A stretch of 64,000 bases of DNA, taken from positions 3,742 to 67,741 of the forward strand of contig CAZEQH010000002.1 in the NCBI GenBank assembly GCA_964514375.1, in the 5' to 3' direction. How positions within the stretch are numbered: position 1 is the first letter of the stretch; each line of letters starts with the position of its first letter. A model generated the notes under the pieces. It saw only the letters and a list, made by a program, of their open reading frames with translations, was not told the origin of the DNA and ran no database searches. The position numbers were made by a program, and so were the translations under genes. The DNA is from an uncultured Candidatus Saccharibacteria bacterium (GTDB lineage Bacteria; Patescibacteriota; Minisyncoccia; Minisyncoccales; JANBVM01). This document shows positions 48,173 through 57,338 of the stretch, piece by piece.

Positions 48173-50764
48173 TTAAGGGTTTATTGTTAATTCAAAGGTT
48201 TCCGGGTTGATTTTAATGGTATCTCCCTTTTTTACCTTATTGGAAAGCAAAGCTTTGGCTAAGGCATTGCCCACCTTATCCTGGATAACCCTGCTCATCT
48301 CCCTGGCTCCGAATTTAGGATTATAGCTTAGGTCCACTATTTTTCCTTTAAGCTCCGGAGTGACAAGCAGATTGATTTCTTTCCGTATAAGATTTTTTCT
48401 TACCTTTCTTAAAAGCAGTTCTGAAATATCAAGAAGATTTTCGCGGGTTAAAGCTTTAAATAATACTACGGCATCGAAACGATTGATAAACTCAGGCCTG
48501 AAAATCCCTTCCTTGAATAAGTAATCAAAAAGTTTTTCCTTTACCTCGTCCATATTCCTCTTATGTTTCAAGGCTTCGAGAATAATCAAATATCCCGCAT
48601 TGGAAGTGGCTATGATAATGGTGTTCTTAAAATCTACTTTTCTACCCAAACCATCGGTAATGTGGCCTTCGTCCAGCACCTGAAGGAAAAGATTCAGGAT
48701 ATTGGGATGGGCCTTTTCTATTTCATCGAGCAGTATAAGGGAAAAGGGATTTTCTCTGACTTTGGTTGTAAGCAGGCCTTCCTCACCGGTAGAACCTATT
48801 AGTCTGGGAATATCGGCGACGTCCTGGAATTCTGACATGTCCAATCTTATCGTCCTTTCTTCCGAGCCGAAGTAAATGGCAGCCAGAGATTTTGAAGTTT
48901 CGGTCTTCCCTACTCCAGTAGGACCTAAAAAGAGAAAAGACCCCATCGGCGCCTTTCTGATATTTATTTCAGATCTCGCCCTTCTCAGCGCATTGGAAAC
49001 TTCTTTTATGGCTTCCTCCTGGTTGACAATTCTTCTATGAAAGAGCTCTTCCAGGTTAAGCAGAATTTCTTTCTCCTTCTTTTCAACTTCCCCTACGGGA
49101 ATATCTGTTTTATCGGAGAATACTTTGGCTACCTGTTTGGGAAGGACCATCTTCTCTTTTTTCTGAGTTACATAAACCATTATTTCGTCTAAAAGTTCAA
49201 TGGCTTTTTCTGGAAAGGGAGTATCCTGCAGATATTTTTCACAGTAGGAAATTATGTCTCTCAGTGCCTGGTAAGAAACAAACTTTCCATATTTTAATTC
49301 CAGGCGCACCGCCATATTTTCCAGAACGGTAAGTATATCCCGCCGTGAAATTTCCGACACCTCAACCTTTTCAAAAAGATTAAGCAGGGCCGGGTTCTCT
49401 TCAATATATTTATGCAGGCCCTGATAAGTAGTAACCGCTATTATCTGAAACTGGGGCATATTGAGATATGAAGCTATTACTCCGGAGAGGTCCATTACTC
49501 CGGGTCGGCTGGGACCTCCTACAAAGTTATGGAATTCATCTATCATCAAAATTACGTTCCCCGCCGAAACAGCTTCGCTGAAGATTATCTCCAGCAGATC
49601 CCCGGAGCTTTTTACCGTATCGGCACGACTGATTAGTCCTGCTACATCCAGCCGCAGTATTCTCTTGTAATTCAAACCTGGAAGACTCTGTCCCAGGGCT
49701 CCTTTTTCCACAAATGCCTGGACTATGCTCTTTCTCCCGCTTCCCGGCTCCCCTATCAGCAGCACATTATTATCTTCCTCGCGCGACAAAATCCTTTCCA
49801 TCTCTTCAATGGAATCCTGATGCCCGATAATTTCAGGAAAGCCCTGTATCTGACACTGCAGGGTCAGATCAGTAGAAAATTTATCTAAGGTCACTGTATA
49901 TCCTGAAGACCATTCTCTGCCCAGGGATCCGAATTTCAGTAGATTATTCATTTCCCAGAACTTGCTTAATCGTCTTCTTTTCTCCTGAATCTGTTCCAAC
50001 CAGTCTGAGATGTTTTCTATGTCTTCTGCTTTTAAATCTGCATTTAACATTATTTTTTTAAAGACAGGGTCAGTGAAGGCTAATCCCGTAAGGATGTCTC
50101 CACAGCTTATTCTGCAGTGGCCCTTGCGATGGGCCACTTTAAGCGCTTCCAATATCACCTGTTCCAGTTCTGGATCCAGTTCCGCAGTCGTTCCATGATT
50201 GACGGCTTTATCAATCAGAGAATTATTACTTATTTGATTTAAGGTTTTCAGATTATTTTTCAGTATTTTCCTAACCTGGTCTGCATCAACAAGCCCGCGA
50301 TAAAAGACAAAGTTAAGCTCCGGATTGTTCCTTAACAGGAAATAAAACAGTAAAGAAGAATCAATATAGGGAAGCTTCTTGGAACGGCTGTATTTTTGAG
50401 ATTCGAAAAAAGCGTAAGCTGCCTCAAAACTCATAAATTCTGCCAGATTGAATCCGTAAGGATTTTCAACTACTTTCTCTAGGCTTGCAGAAAGAGAGGG
50501 ATGTTTAAGCATGGCAAGAAAAAATAATTCTTTGAGCCAGGCTAGGATGGTCAATACTAAAAATATCAAAGTGCTTCCCAGTATTTTCCGATTAAGGGAT
50601 TCTGTAAAATTAGACGGTACAAATCCGTACAGGAAAATAAAAAGGCTTATAAGATAAAGCAGCAGAAATATCTTTTTAAGGAATCCGGCGTAACCGAAAA
50701 AAGGATTTCTCTTCCAGAGAACTGCTTGGAAGATAGGGGTCTTTCCCAGTTTGAAATTAAGCAT
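48173..50764 (-). CDS. ClpA/ClpB-family AAA+ ATPase with two N-terminal TM helices
   Basis: NNVLLIGEPGSG, IDEFH, GPTGVGKTE, RLDMSEF, LDEIEKAH, FRPEFINR.D. Confidence 0.88.
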   Translation of the reverse strand: MLNFKLGKTPIFQAVLWKRNPFFGYAGFLKKIFLLLYLISLFIFLYGFVPSNFTESLNRKILGSTLIFLVLTILAWLKELFFLAMLKHPSLSASLEKVVENPYGFNLAEFMSFEAAYAFFESQKYSRSKKLPYIDSSLLFYFLLRNNPELNFVFYRGLVDADQVRKILKNNLKTLNQISNNSLIDKAVNHGTTAELDPELEQVILEALKVAHRKGHCRISCGDILTGLAFTDPVFKKIMLNADLKAEDIENISDWLEQIQEKRRRLSKFWEMNNLLKFGSLGREWSSGYTVTLDKFSTDLTLQCQIQGFPEIIGHQDSIEEMERILSREEDNNVLLIGEPGSGRKSIVQAFVEKGALGQSLPGLNYKRILRLDVAGLISRADTVKSSGDLLEIIFSEAVSAGNVILMIDEFHNFVGGPSRPGVMDLSGVIASYLNMPQFQIIAVTTYQGLHKYIEENPALLNLFEKVEVSEISRRDILTVLENMAVRLELKYGKFVSYQALRDIISYCEKYLQDTPFPEKAIELLDEIMVYVTQKKEKMVLPKQVAKVFSDKTDIPVGEVEKKEKEILLNLEELFHRRIVNQEEAIKEVSNALRRARSEINIRKAPMGSFLFLGPTGVGKTETSKSLAAIYFGSEERTIRLDMSEFQDVADIPRLIGSTGEEGLLTTKVRENPFSLILLDEIEKAHPNILNLFLQVLDEGHITDGLGRKVDFKNTIIIATSNAGYLIILEALKHKRNMDEVKEKLFDYLFKEGIFRPEFINRFDAVVLFKALTRENLLDISELLLRKVRKNLIRKEINLLVTPELKGKIVDLSYNPKFGAREMSRVIQDKVGNALAKALLSNKVKKGDTIKINPETFELTINP

Positions 50765-50772
50765 AATAACTT

Positions 50773-51174
50773 TTAATAGAAAAATAGTCTCATTCCGTGG
50801 AAGAAAGCCCAGATTAAAAACACAGGCAGGGCAAACCAGGCCAGAAACACGAGAAGTCCTCCCGCCAATATGAGGATTTCCACAGCTGTTCCTACGACTA
50901 TCATGACGCTGCGGAAGATAGCTCCCAGTATTCTAAAAATGAGATTGGAAAAAAAGGATTCAAAATAAGCCCACGGGTCAAATCCTCTCGGGTATCCCCA
51001 GTAATACCGCCTCCAAGGAGAAAAGAAAGTCTTAATTAAGAGTGGAACGGAAAAATAGTTCAGTCCGAATTTAAGGAAATTATTCCAGGCTTTAAGGATA
51101 AAAAGCGGTGCCTCCCAAAGCTGCCATTTCAGCCATTTTATGCCGATGTTTTCTTTTTCCGATGATGCCTCCAT
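50773..51174 (-). CDS. membrane protein upstream of the Clp ATPase
   Basis: FSVPLL.KTFFSPWRR, C-terminal TM; start at MEASS after TGTTATAAT. Confidence 0.7.
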   Translation of the reverse strand: MEASSEKENIGIKWLKWQLWEAPLFILKAWNNFLKFGLNYFSVPLLIKTFFSPWRRYYWGYPRGFDPWAYFESFFSNLIFRILGAIFRSVMIVVGTAVEILILAGGLLVFLAWFALPVFLIWAFFHGMRLFFY

Positions 51175-51217
51175 GATTTTATTATAACACAAATTCCCCT
51201 TTTACTTTCTCTTATGG

Positions 51218-51574
51218 CTACTTTTTGATGAGTTTAATACCTAATTCCGCCATCTTTGACCCTCCAAATATAAGAACGCTAGCTCCGATAGCCCAGGTTG
51301 CCAGGTTGAATGTTTTATAAAGAGATTCCTGTGATATCATATCATTCAACTGATTTTTAAGCTGCTGGGATATCATTTCCTGTATCCCTTCAATTGTTGT
51401 GGGAGAGCCGGAGGCAGGAATGGAAGGGGAAGCAGTTTTGGCTGCCTTCATTTCAAAAACTTGGGGAACTTCGAGTTCTCCCGTAAATACGTTGTAAGAA
51501 TAGTAAAGGGTGAAAAGTATGACGGCTACGCCTGCTGCGAAGGTAATCCATCCTATGATGTTTGAAGATTCCAT
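51218..51574 (-). CDS. two-TM membrane protein
   Basis: Hydrophobic segments at both ends. Confidence 0.6.
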   Translation of the reverse strand: MESSNIIGWITFAAGVAVILFTLYYSYNVFTGELEVPQVFEMKAAKTASPSIPASGSPTTIEGIQEMISQQLKNQLNDMISQESLYKTFNLATWAIGASVLIFGGSKMAELGIKLIKK

Positions 51575-51607
51575 ATTTTTTGAATTATTTTTTGACCTTT
51601 GAGGTTA

Positions 51608-52276
51608 TTATTTTATAATTTTAGCCCATCGATATTTTCCGAACTGGTCTTTGTAAAATTTAAACGAAGAATACTTTTTCCGTATAATATTTTCGATGTA
51701 TCTTTTCTGAAGAGGGTCGAACTCCAAGAAAATAAGGCCGTTTCCGTTTAAAAATTTTCTCGCCTCCTCAAGGAATCTTGTTATGTGCTTTATCCCCTTT
51801 TTACCCGAGAAAAGAGCTTCCCTGGGTTCATATTTTAAGGCGGATTTCTCTACCTCCTTTATCCTTTCTTCTGCCACATAAGGCGGATTGGCCAGTATCA
51901 ATTCGTATCTTTCCGTTACCTTGATGTCTTCGAATAAATTTGAACTTATTACCCTGTACTTTTTCTCTGGTATTTCGTTGATTTTCAAATTGATTCTTAT
52001 CTGGCTTAGGGCTTTCTTGCTGCTGTCTGCAAAATCGATTCTTTCACATAATCTAGGAAAAGATTTCGCGATCGCAATCCCTATACAGCCGCTCCCCGCA
52101 AACATATCCAGGGCATGAAAAGGTTTCTTGAATTTCTTTTGAATTTCCTTTATGGCTTTTGCCGTCCAGTACTCTGTTTCCATGCGGGGAATAAAAGCTT
52201 TTTTGGATAAATCTATTCTGCAATTAAGAAATTGTGAAAACCCTGAAATATATTCTTGGGGAAGAGGAACCTTCAT
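51608..52276 (-). CDS. prmC: release-factor glutamine methyltransferase (short form)
   Basis: P..YI.G, FIPR.ETE, LD.FAGSGCI, NPPY, EP..ALF.G..G. Confidence 0.9.
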   Translation of the reverse strand: MKVPLPQEYISGFSQFLNCRIDLSKKAFIPRMETEYWTAKAIKEIQKKFKKPFHALDMFAGSGCIGIAIAKSFPRLCERIDFADSSKKALSQIRINLKINEIPEKKYRVISSNLFEDIKVTERYELILANPPYVAEERIKEVEKSALKYEPREALFSGKKGIKHITRFLEEARKFLNGNGLIFLEFDPLQKRYIENIIRKKYSSFKFYKDQFGKYRWAKIIK

Positions 52277-52614
52277 TTTTTAAAAAGTTTTTGCAGCTCC
52301 CACAGCGTGTCTTCCGGTATGGGAGGAGCTTCTCCCTCGGGACTGATACCGGGATAGCGCCAGGCGCTTATTATCTTAATATTTTCTTTGCCGCCAGTTA
52401 GAACCTTTTGGTACATCATCCATATTTCGGTCGTATGTTTTTTGGTTCCTGCTTTTTGCATGGCAGCTACTGTTTGGGGAGCTATACCCAACTGCTTTCT
52501 GTCCGGGTCTTTCATAACCCTTTTGACTCTGGATTTCGACAAACCGTAATACCTCATCTTACTTTCAGAGTGCCTGGTCCAGACTATTTTATCTGCAGGT
52601 TTTATCAGCTTCAT
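52273..52614 (-). CDS. hypothetical protein (DUF4258-like)
   Basis: WTRH...KM..Y.LS..RV.RV..P.R, KIISAWRYPG. Confidence 0.55.
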   Translation of the reverse strand: MKLIKPADKIVWTRHSESKMRYYGLSKSRVKRVMKDPDRKQLGIAPQTVAAMQKAGTKKHTTEIWMMYQKVLTGGKENIKIISAWRYPGISPEGEAPPIPEDTLWELQKLFKK

Positions 52615-53450
52615 TTTTCCAGTAGAAGCTCGGCTTCCTCCCGCAGTTTTTCTACCTCTCGAATAGGTATCTTTAACCTGCTGGCAAGGTTTTTGGTTGA
52701 AAAATCCAGGAGGTCGCGCGCCAGCATTATTCTTTCTCTGGCGAAAATTTCCTTAAAGTATCTCTTAAATGAGGGAAGGATGGTAATGGGATAAAGATTT
52801 TTACGCTCTATCATCTTTTCCAGCCCCTTCCTGGGAGGAAATTTCCAGCCTAGCAAATCTATGCCGTTACAGCTGGCATATTTCTTTACCTCTGATGTAA
52901 ATTTGGCATTTGTTATTATCAAAGGTTTTACCCTGGCTTTCCTGAAATAAGCCCCTTTCTTAATATCCAGGAATCTGGCATAGCTGGTTAGGCCGACCTT
53001 TAAGTCCACCCTGTTGCCGGCCTGATGATGATACTTACACTCAGCCAAATAAACAATCTTGTCTTTTCTGGCTATAAAATCTATTTCATAAGAATTTATA
53101 CAAAATCCCGGTATAAACTGATTCATTTCTACTTCAAACTCATTCATGATAAAAACTTCTCCTACATATTTCTCAAAATCAAACCCGCTTGGACCCAATT
53201 TTCTCATGGCGTCCTTGAGGGAAAATTTGATACCGGAACGGAAAGAGGTGCCTATAAGCTTCTGTTTTACAGAATTGAATATTTCCGATGTTTCTATGCC
53301 GGGATAGGCCTCAGATGCTATCTGTTCGGCTATATCATTGGCTAATTTCTTGGAGGCCCCTATCCTTCTGCAAGAATTATAAACCTTGCGGAAAGAAAAA
53401 GGTTCTCTTTCTCCCCTGTTATTTATGACGTAAACATCTTCTTCAGTCAT
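52611..53450 (-). CDS. ATP-cone domain plus PD-(D/E)XK restriction-endonuclease-like protein
   Basis: N-terminal VIN..GE.EPF...K; GPSGF.FEKY; YEID...ECKYH; TN.KFT. Confidence 0.8.
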   Translation of the reverse strand: MTEEDVYVINNRGEREPFSFRKVYNSCRRIGASKKLANDIAEQIASEAYPGIETSEIFNSVKQKLIGTSFRSGIKFSLKDAMRKLGPSGFDFEKYVGEVFIMNEFEVEMNQFIPGFCINSYEIDFIARKDKIVYLAECKYHHQAGNRVDLKVGLTSYARFLDIKKGAYFRKARVKPLIITNAKFTSEVKKYASCNGIDLLGWKFPPRKGLEKMIERKNLYPITILPSFKRYFKEIFARERIMLARDLLDFSTKNLASRLKIPIREVEKLREEAELLLEK

Positions 53451-53576
53451 TATAAGTATTATAATCCAAATCTTTTACGTTTTAAACTAAAAAGATTTGT
53501 CTTGAAACTTCGTTTTAAATGTAAAAGAGATAAAAAAAAGAAGGGCAGAAAGCACCCTTCTAAAAAGTTTTTCTCC

Positions 53577-53726
53577 TTAAAAAAGCAGGAAATGACAATT
53601 ATTACATCGATTGCTTTTATAATCATTTATACATCCGCATTCAGGACATCTGCATTCAGGAAATCTTCCTTGAATGAATCGTACGTCCTGATAACTATTT
53701 ACAATCATTTTTTCGTCAATGTTCAT
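53577..53726 (-). CDS. Cys-rich zinc-ribbon micro-protein, 49 aa
   Basis: CPECGC...CNNC; GGGGTGA RBS. Confidence 0.5.
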   Translation of the reverse strand: MNIDEKMIVNSYQDVRFIQGRFPECRCPECGCINDYKSNRCNNCHFLLF

Positions 53727-53749
53727 AACAATATCACCCCCTCTCAGTT

Positions 53750-53923
53750 TTAAGAAGCATATAATGGGGACCAAGGCCGCTCAACAGGCTTTTCTTCTCC
53801 AACGGGAGGAGGAGCAAAAAACATTCTTCCGCAATTCCTGCAGAATCTCATTCTGCCTCCTTTGGCTACTACCTTCGGGTTCCCGCCTGCTTTACAATTC
53901 GGACAAAAGTTTTCTTTTTCCAT
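53750..53923 (-). CDS. zinc-ribbon micro-protein, 57 aa
   Basis: CPNC...CRNCG; AGGGGT RBS. Confidence 0.55.
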   Translation of the reverse strand: MEKENFCPNCKAGGNPKVVAKGGRMRFCRNCGRMFFAPPPVGEEKPVERPWSPLYAS

Positions 53924-54062
53924 ATTTAACCCCTTTTTAAGGTGCAATTTGCGAGGCTTTCTGCCCCACCTTCTCTCCCTGTGGAGAAAGAGAGAGAAGG
54001 CCGGGCAAAAAGAAAAACCCAGGTTTTGCCTGGGAGGTGAATGCGTCTTGCTTGTCTTATCT

Positions 54063-54164
54063 CTATTTGTATCTTACTCGCGCATACTTCAAACCTCCCA
54101 GGAAACCTAGGATAATAAATAGGACGGAAATAATCTGGGAAGTTGTGAAGTTGAAAGTCTTCAT
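54063..54164 (-). CDS. hydrophobic 33-aa peptide (leader peptide or type I toxin-like)
   Basis: Translated by hand: MKTFNFTTSQIISVLFIILGFLGGLKYARVRYK; TTGACA-16-TATCTT upstream (54185..54212). Confidence 0.55.
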   Translation of the reverse strand: MKTFNFTTSQIISVLFIILGFLGGLKYARVRYK

Positions 54165-54251
54165 AAATATTTAAATCTTCTTTTAAGATAACTTAATCAT
54201 CCTCCTTGTCAAGTGTAAAACCCTTATAAAGTTAAACTCAATCGAAAACTC

Positions 54252-54500
54252 TTAAAAGGCACCCTCCTTCTTTAATAGGGCTTTCTTTTTTGCCTTACCT
54301 CCCCTGAATTCTCCGATACTGCCGTCTGAGCGTATCACGCGGTGGCAGGGCACTTTTGGATTTCTATTTTCATGCATGATGTTCCCTACTGCCCGCCAGG
54401 CGCGAGGATAACCTGCTTTCTCTGCTACCCGCTTGTAGCTTAAAGTTTTTCCCTTCGGGATTTTAGCCACTACCCTATTAACCTTTTCCCTGAAAGTCAT
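54252..54500 (-). CDS. O6-alkylguanine-DNA alkyltransferase family protein (single domain)
   Basis: IP.G...SY..VA, RAVG, VPCHRV. Confidence 0.9.
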   Translation of the reverse strand: MTFREKVNRVVAKIPKGKTLSYKRVAEKAGYPRAWRAVGNIMHENRNPKVPCHRVIRSDGSIGEFRGGKAKKKALLKKEGAF

Positions 54501-54569
54501 AGAAGGTTCGGGGCCTGCCCCGCACCCTACGTGGTGCGTGGTTCGAGGTTCGATGTTTATAATTAGGAT

Positions 54570-54727
54570 TCAGGCAGTTCCCGAGGGGGACACTTCGCAG
54601 CCGAGCCTGGTAACAAATAACGTTTTACTGCCAATAGTCTGAGGGTCGGCGAGAAATAGAAGCAGCGGTGAGAGAATAATTATAGCTGTTTTAAGTTGAC
54701 TTCGTGTCGCCCGAAGGGACTGGCTGA
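54570..54727 (+). ncRNA. ssrS: probable 6S RNA
   Basis: ~158-nt rod with paired ends, A-rich central bubble and G-U pairs favouring the + strand; TATAAT at 54558. Confidence 0.55.
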
Positions 54728-54752
54728 AGATACGAGATACAATATACAACAT

Positions 54753-55958
54753 TTATTTCATTTTATACTTTTCCAGGGCTTGGCCTAAGAGTTTGACGGC
54801 TGTCCGCATTTTCTGAGCGGAAAGCACGAAAGCTATTCTTATCGCCCTTTTTCCCAATCCCCTGGTAGCATAAAAACCTTCGGCCGGAGATACCATGACT
54901 GTTTCCTTATTGACCGAAAATTTTGTCAGCATCCATTCCGTGAAAGCCTCAGCGTTCTTTACTGGAAGATCAGCTATCAGATAAAATGCTCCTCTGGGTT
55001 TTGAAAATTTTACACTTTCTATTTTACCCAATTCCTCGCACACGGCGTCCTTTCTTTTCTGATATTCCAGCGCTATTTTATGTGTGTATTTCCTGGATTT
55101 TTTAAGAACCGGTATGACTGCCTCCTGTTCTACCATAGGCAGCGAGAGTCGGCTTTGAGAAAATTTTACGGCAGCTTTAATGATATACTGATTTTTAGAA
55201 GCCAGGCATCCTATCCTGGCACCGCAGGCGTTTAAATTCTTGGAAATACTGCTGAGCAGAACAGCTCTTTCATGCGCCCTAACAAAATTCATGACAGAAT
55301 AATGCTTTTCTCCATCGTAAACAAATTCTCTGTAGGTTTCGTCGGAAATAATAAAAAGGTTACGGCGCTCTGCAATATCTATCAGCATTTCAATCTCGCT
55401 TCTCGTATAAACGGTTCCTGTAGGATTGTTGGGATTGCACAGCAGGACAGCTTTCGTTTTCTTGGTAATTTTCCCTTCTATTTCTTTGCGGGGAGGTAAA
55501 TGGAAATCTTTTTTAGGAAAACAGGTAACAGGCCTTAATTTCACTGCCGCCATGGCGGCGTAACCGTTATAAGTCGTGTAGAAAGGTTCGAAAACGATTA
55601 TTTCTTCTCCGGGATCGCACACGGAAAGAAAGGAGAATAAAATGGCCTCGCTTCCTCCTATGGTGGCTACGATATCAGATGTCTGGAAAGAAATATTAAA
55701 TGCCCGAAAATAGTCTCTCCAGGCCGACCTCAAATCATCAATGCCGGGAGAGGCGGTATAGATAAGTCTTTTCCCTTTGAAACCGGTTATTCTCTTTAAA
55801 ATCTCCTCAGGAGTTTTCAGGTCTGTCTGCCCAATATGTATCTCATATACTTTAATGCCTCTTTTTTTTACTTTCTCCAAAAGCGGAACAAATTTTCTGA
55901 TGGGAGAAGAGGGCATATTGGAGGCCCTCAGAGAAATTCGAAGAAGTTTTTTGCTCAT
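54753..55958 (-). CDS. class I/II PLP aminotransferase (AspC-like)
   Basis: GGSEA, EPFY..Y, NPNNPTG, SDETY, SISK...CGARIG. Confidence 0.92.
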   Translation of the reverse strand: MSKKLLRISLRASNMPSSPIRKFVPLLEKVKKRGIKVYEIHIGQTDLKTPEEILKRITGFKGKRLIYTASPGIDDLRSAWRDYFRAFNISFQTSDIVATIGGSEAILFSFLSVCDPGEEIIVFEPFYTTYNGYAAMAAVKLRPVTCFPKKDFHLPPRKEIEGKITKKTKAVLLCNPNNPTGTVYTRSEIEMLIDIAERRNLFIISDETYREFVYDGEKHYSVMNFVRAHERAVLLSSISKNLNACGARIGCLASKNQYIIKAAVKFSQSRLSLPMVEQEAVIPVLKKSRKYTHKIALEYQKRKDAVCEELGKIESVKFSKPRGAFYLIADLPVKNAEAFTEWMLTKFSVNKETVMVSPAEGFYATRGLGKRAIRIAFVLSAQKMRTAVKLLGQALEKYKMK

Positions 55959-56497
55959 ATCTCAGGTACCGTAAAGGTCTCTCCGTGTCCCGGGAAAACC
56001 TTAAAACCAGGTTTTAATATGTTATTTAATTTTTCCAGAGAAGAATTAAGCTGTTCCTCGGATCCCCCTGCCAAATCTGTCCTTCCCACCCCTTCATAGA
56101 ATAGAGTGTCTCCCGTCAGGATAAAATCTTTACCCAGCAGACAGATGCTGCCTTCCGTGTGTCCCGGGGTATGGATGACCTTTAATTCTTCATCGCCCAA
56201 TTTTACCACATCTCCTTCCTTAAGAAATCTGTCAACCTCAAACTCAATGAATTTTTTCTCTTTTTCGTGGATTAGAATCGGAGCTCCGGTCTCCTCCTTT
56301 ATCTTTAAGACGGCGGCGGTGTGGTCGCCGTGATAATGGGTGCAGATTATGGCTTTAAGATTTTTCCCGGAGTTTTTTACCAATTCCGAAATTTCTTTCG
56401 CGTTTCCGCCCGGGTCAACTAAAACCGCTTCTTTCCCTGAGCTTAGAAAATAGCAGTTGGTCCCCAAAAGACCAACTGCCAAATGAATAACTTCCAT
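55955..56497 (-). CDS. metallo-beta-lactamase-fold hydrolase
   Basis: THYHGDH, HTPGHT.GS, TGDTLF, PGHG. Confidence 0.92.
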   Translation of the reverse strand: MEVIHLAVGLLGTNCYFLSSGKEAVLVDPGGNAKEISELVKNSGKNLKAIICTHYHGDHTAAVLKIKEETGAPILIHEKEKKFIEFEVDRFLKEGDVVKLGDEELKVIHTPGHTEGSICLLGKDFILTGDTLFYEGVGRTDLAGGSEEQLNSSLEKLNNILKPGFKVFPGHGETFTVPEI

Positions 56498-56500
56498 AGA

Positions 56501-57304
56501 TCAGTCAATTTCGTACACGATATTCACGCTGATGGTTATCATATTCTCTCCGCTTTGCACTTGGGGAGCTGCTTCAACCCCTGCACCTCCCATGCCGTAG
56601 GCTGCCTGATCCATCTTGTATAAGGCGGGATAAACTCCGCTCTCACTGAAACTGCTGATTCTTACCAGTTTGACTCCTAATTGAGATGCCAGGACGCTGG
56701 CTTTTGCCTTGGCCTGATCTATCGCTTCCTTGCGAGCTTCATCTTTTGCCTTCTCTTCTTCTTCAGGGTCAAGTGTAAACTGCAGGGCTCCCACCTGATT
56801 GGCTCCCTGGTCGGTAGCGCCTTGAATGATATCCCCTATCTTGGTTAAATCCCTGATTTTTACTTGTAGGGACTGGTCAACCTCGTATCCCACCAGAATC
56901 CTTTGGCCTCCGGGAGGATAACGGCCGTAAATATCCGGCTGGCGATATTCGTACTGCGGGTAAATATTGAAGGCGGTAGTTTTCAAGTCTTTTTCTTCTA
57001 CTCCCTGTCCCTTAATGAAGCTTATAACACCGTTCATCTTGGCGGTGTTATCGGCTAAGGCCTCTGCTACCGTCTTTTTTTCGGTAGTGACCGAAACCGT
57101 AGTGACAGCCAGGTTAGGTTTTACGAAAACTTCCCCGGAAGCCGAAACATTAATGGTGTTTCTGCTTTCTATGTCCTGGCCTATATACCTGCCCTGCCTG
57201 AACTCATTGGCTGTTTTTACCCCGAAGAAAACTATGAGTACCAATAAAAACAGGGTAAAAACTTGAGAAACGGATGATATAAGCTTTTCTTTTTGTTCGT
57301 CCAT
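56501..57304 (-). CDS. SIMPL/DUF541 protein
   Basis: I.VS..GEV...P..A, AR..AI..AK.KA..LA..LG. Confidence 0.88.
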   Translation of the reverse strand: MDEQKEKLISSVSQVFTLFLLVLIVFFGVKTANEFRQGRYIGQDIESRNTINVSASGEVFVKPNLAVTTVSVTTEKKTVAEALADNTAKMNGVISFIKGQGVEEKDLKTTAFNIYPQYEYRQPDIYGRYPPGGQRILVGYEVDQSLQVKIRDLTKIGDIIQGATDQGANQVGALQFTLDPEEEEKAKDEARKEAIDQAKAKASVLASQLGVKLVRISSFSESGVYPALYKMDQAAYGMGGAGVEAAPQVQSGENMITISVNIVYEID

Positions 57305-57338
57305 ATTTTTTAGAAATTAAATATTGCGGCGACCTTTT

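Noticed and set aside
54570-54752. 60-aa minus-strand ORF
   Set aside because: It coincides with the structured RNA candidate and has no protein-like motif
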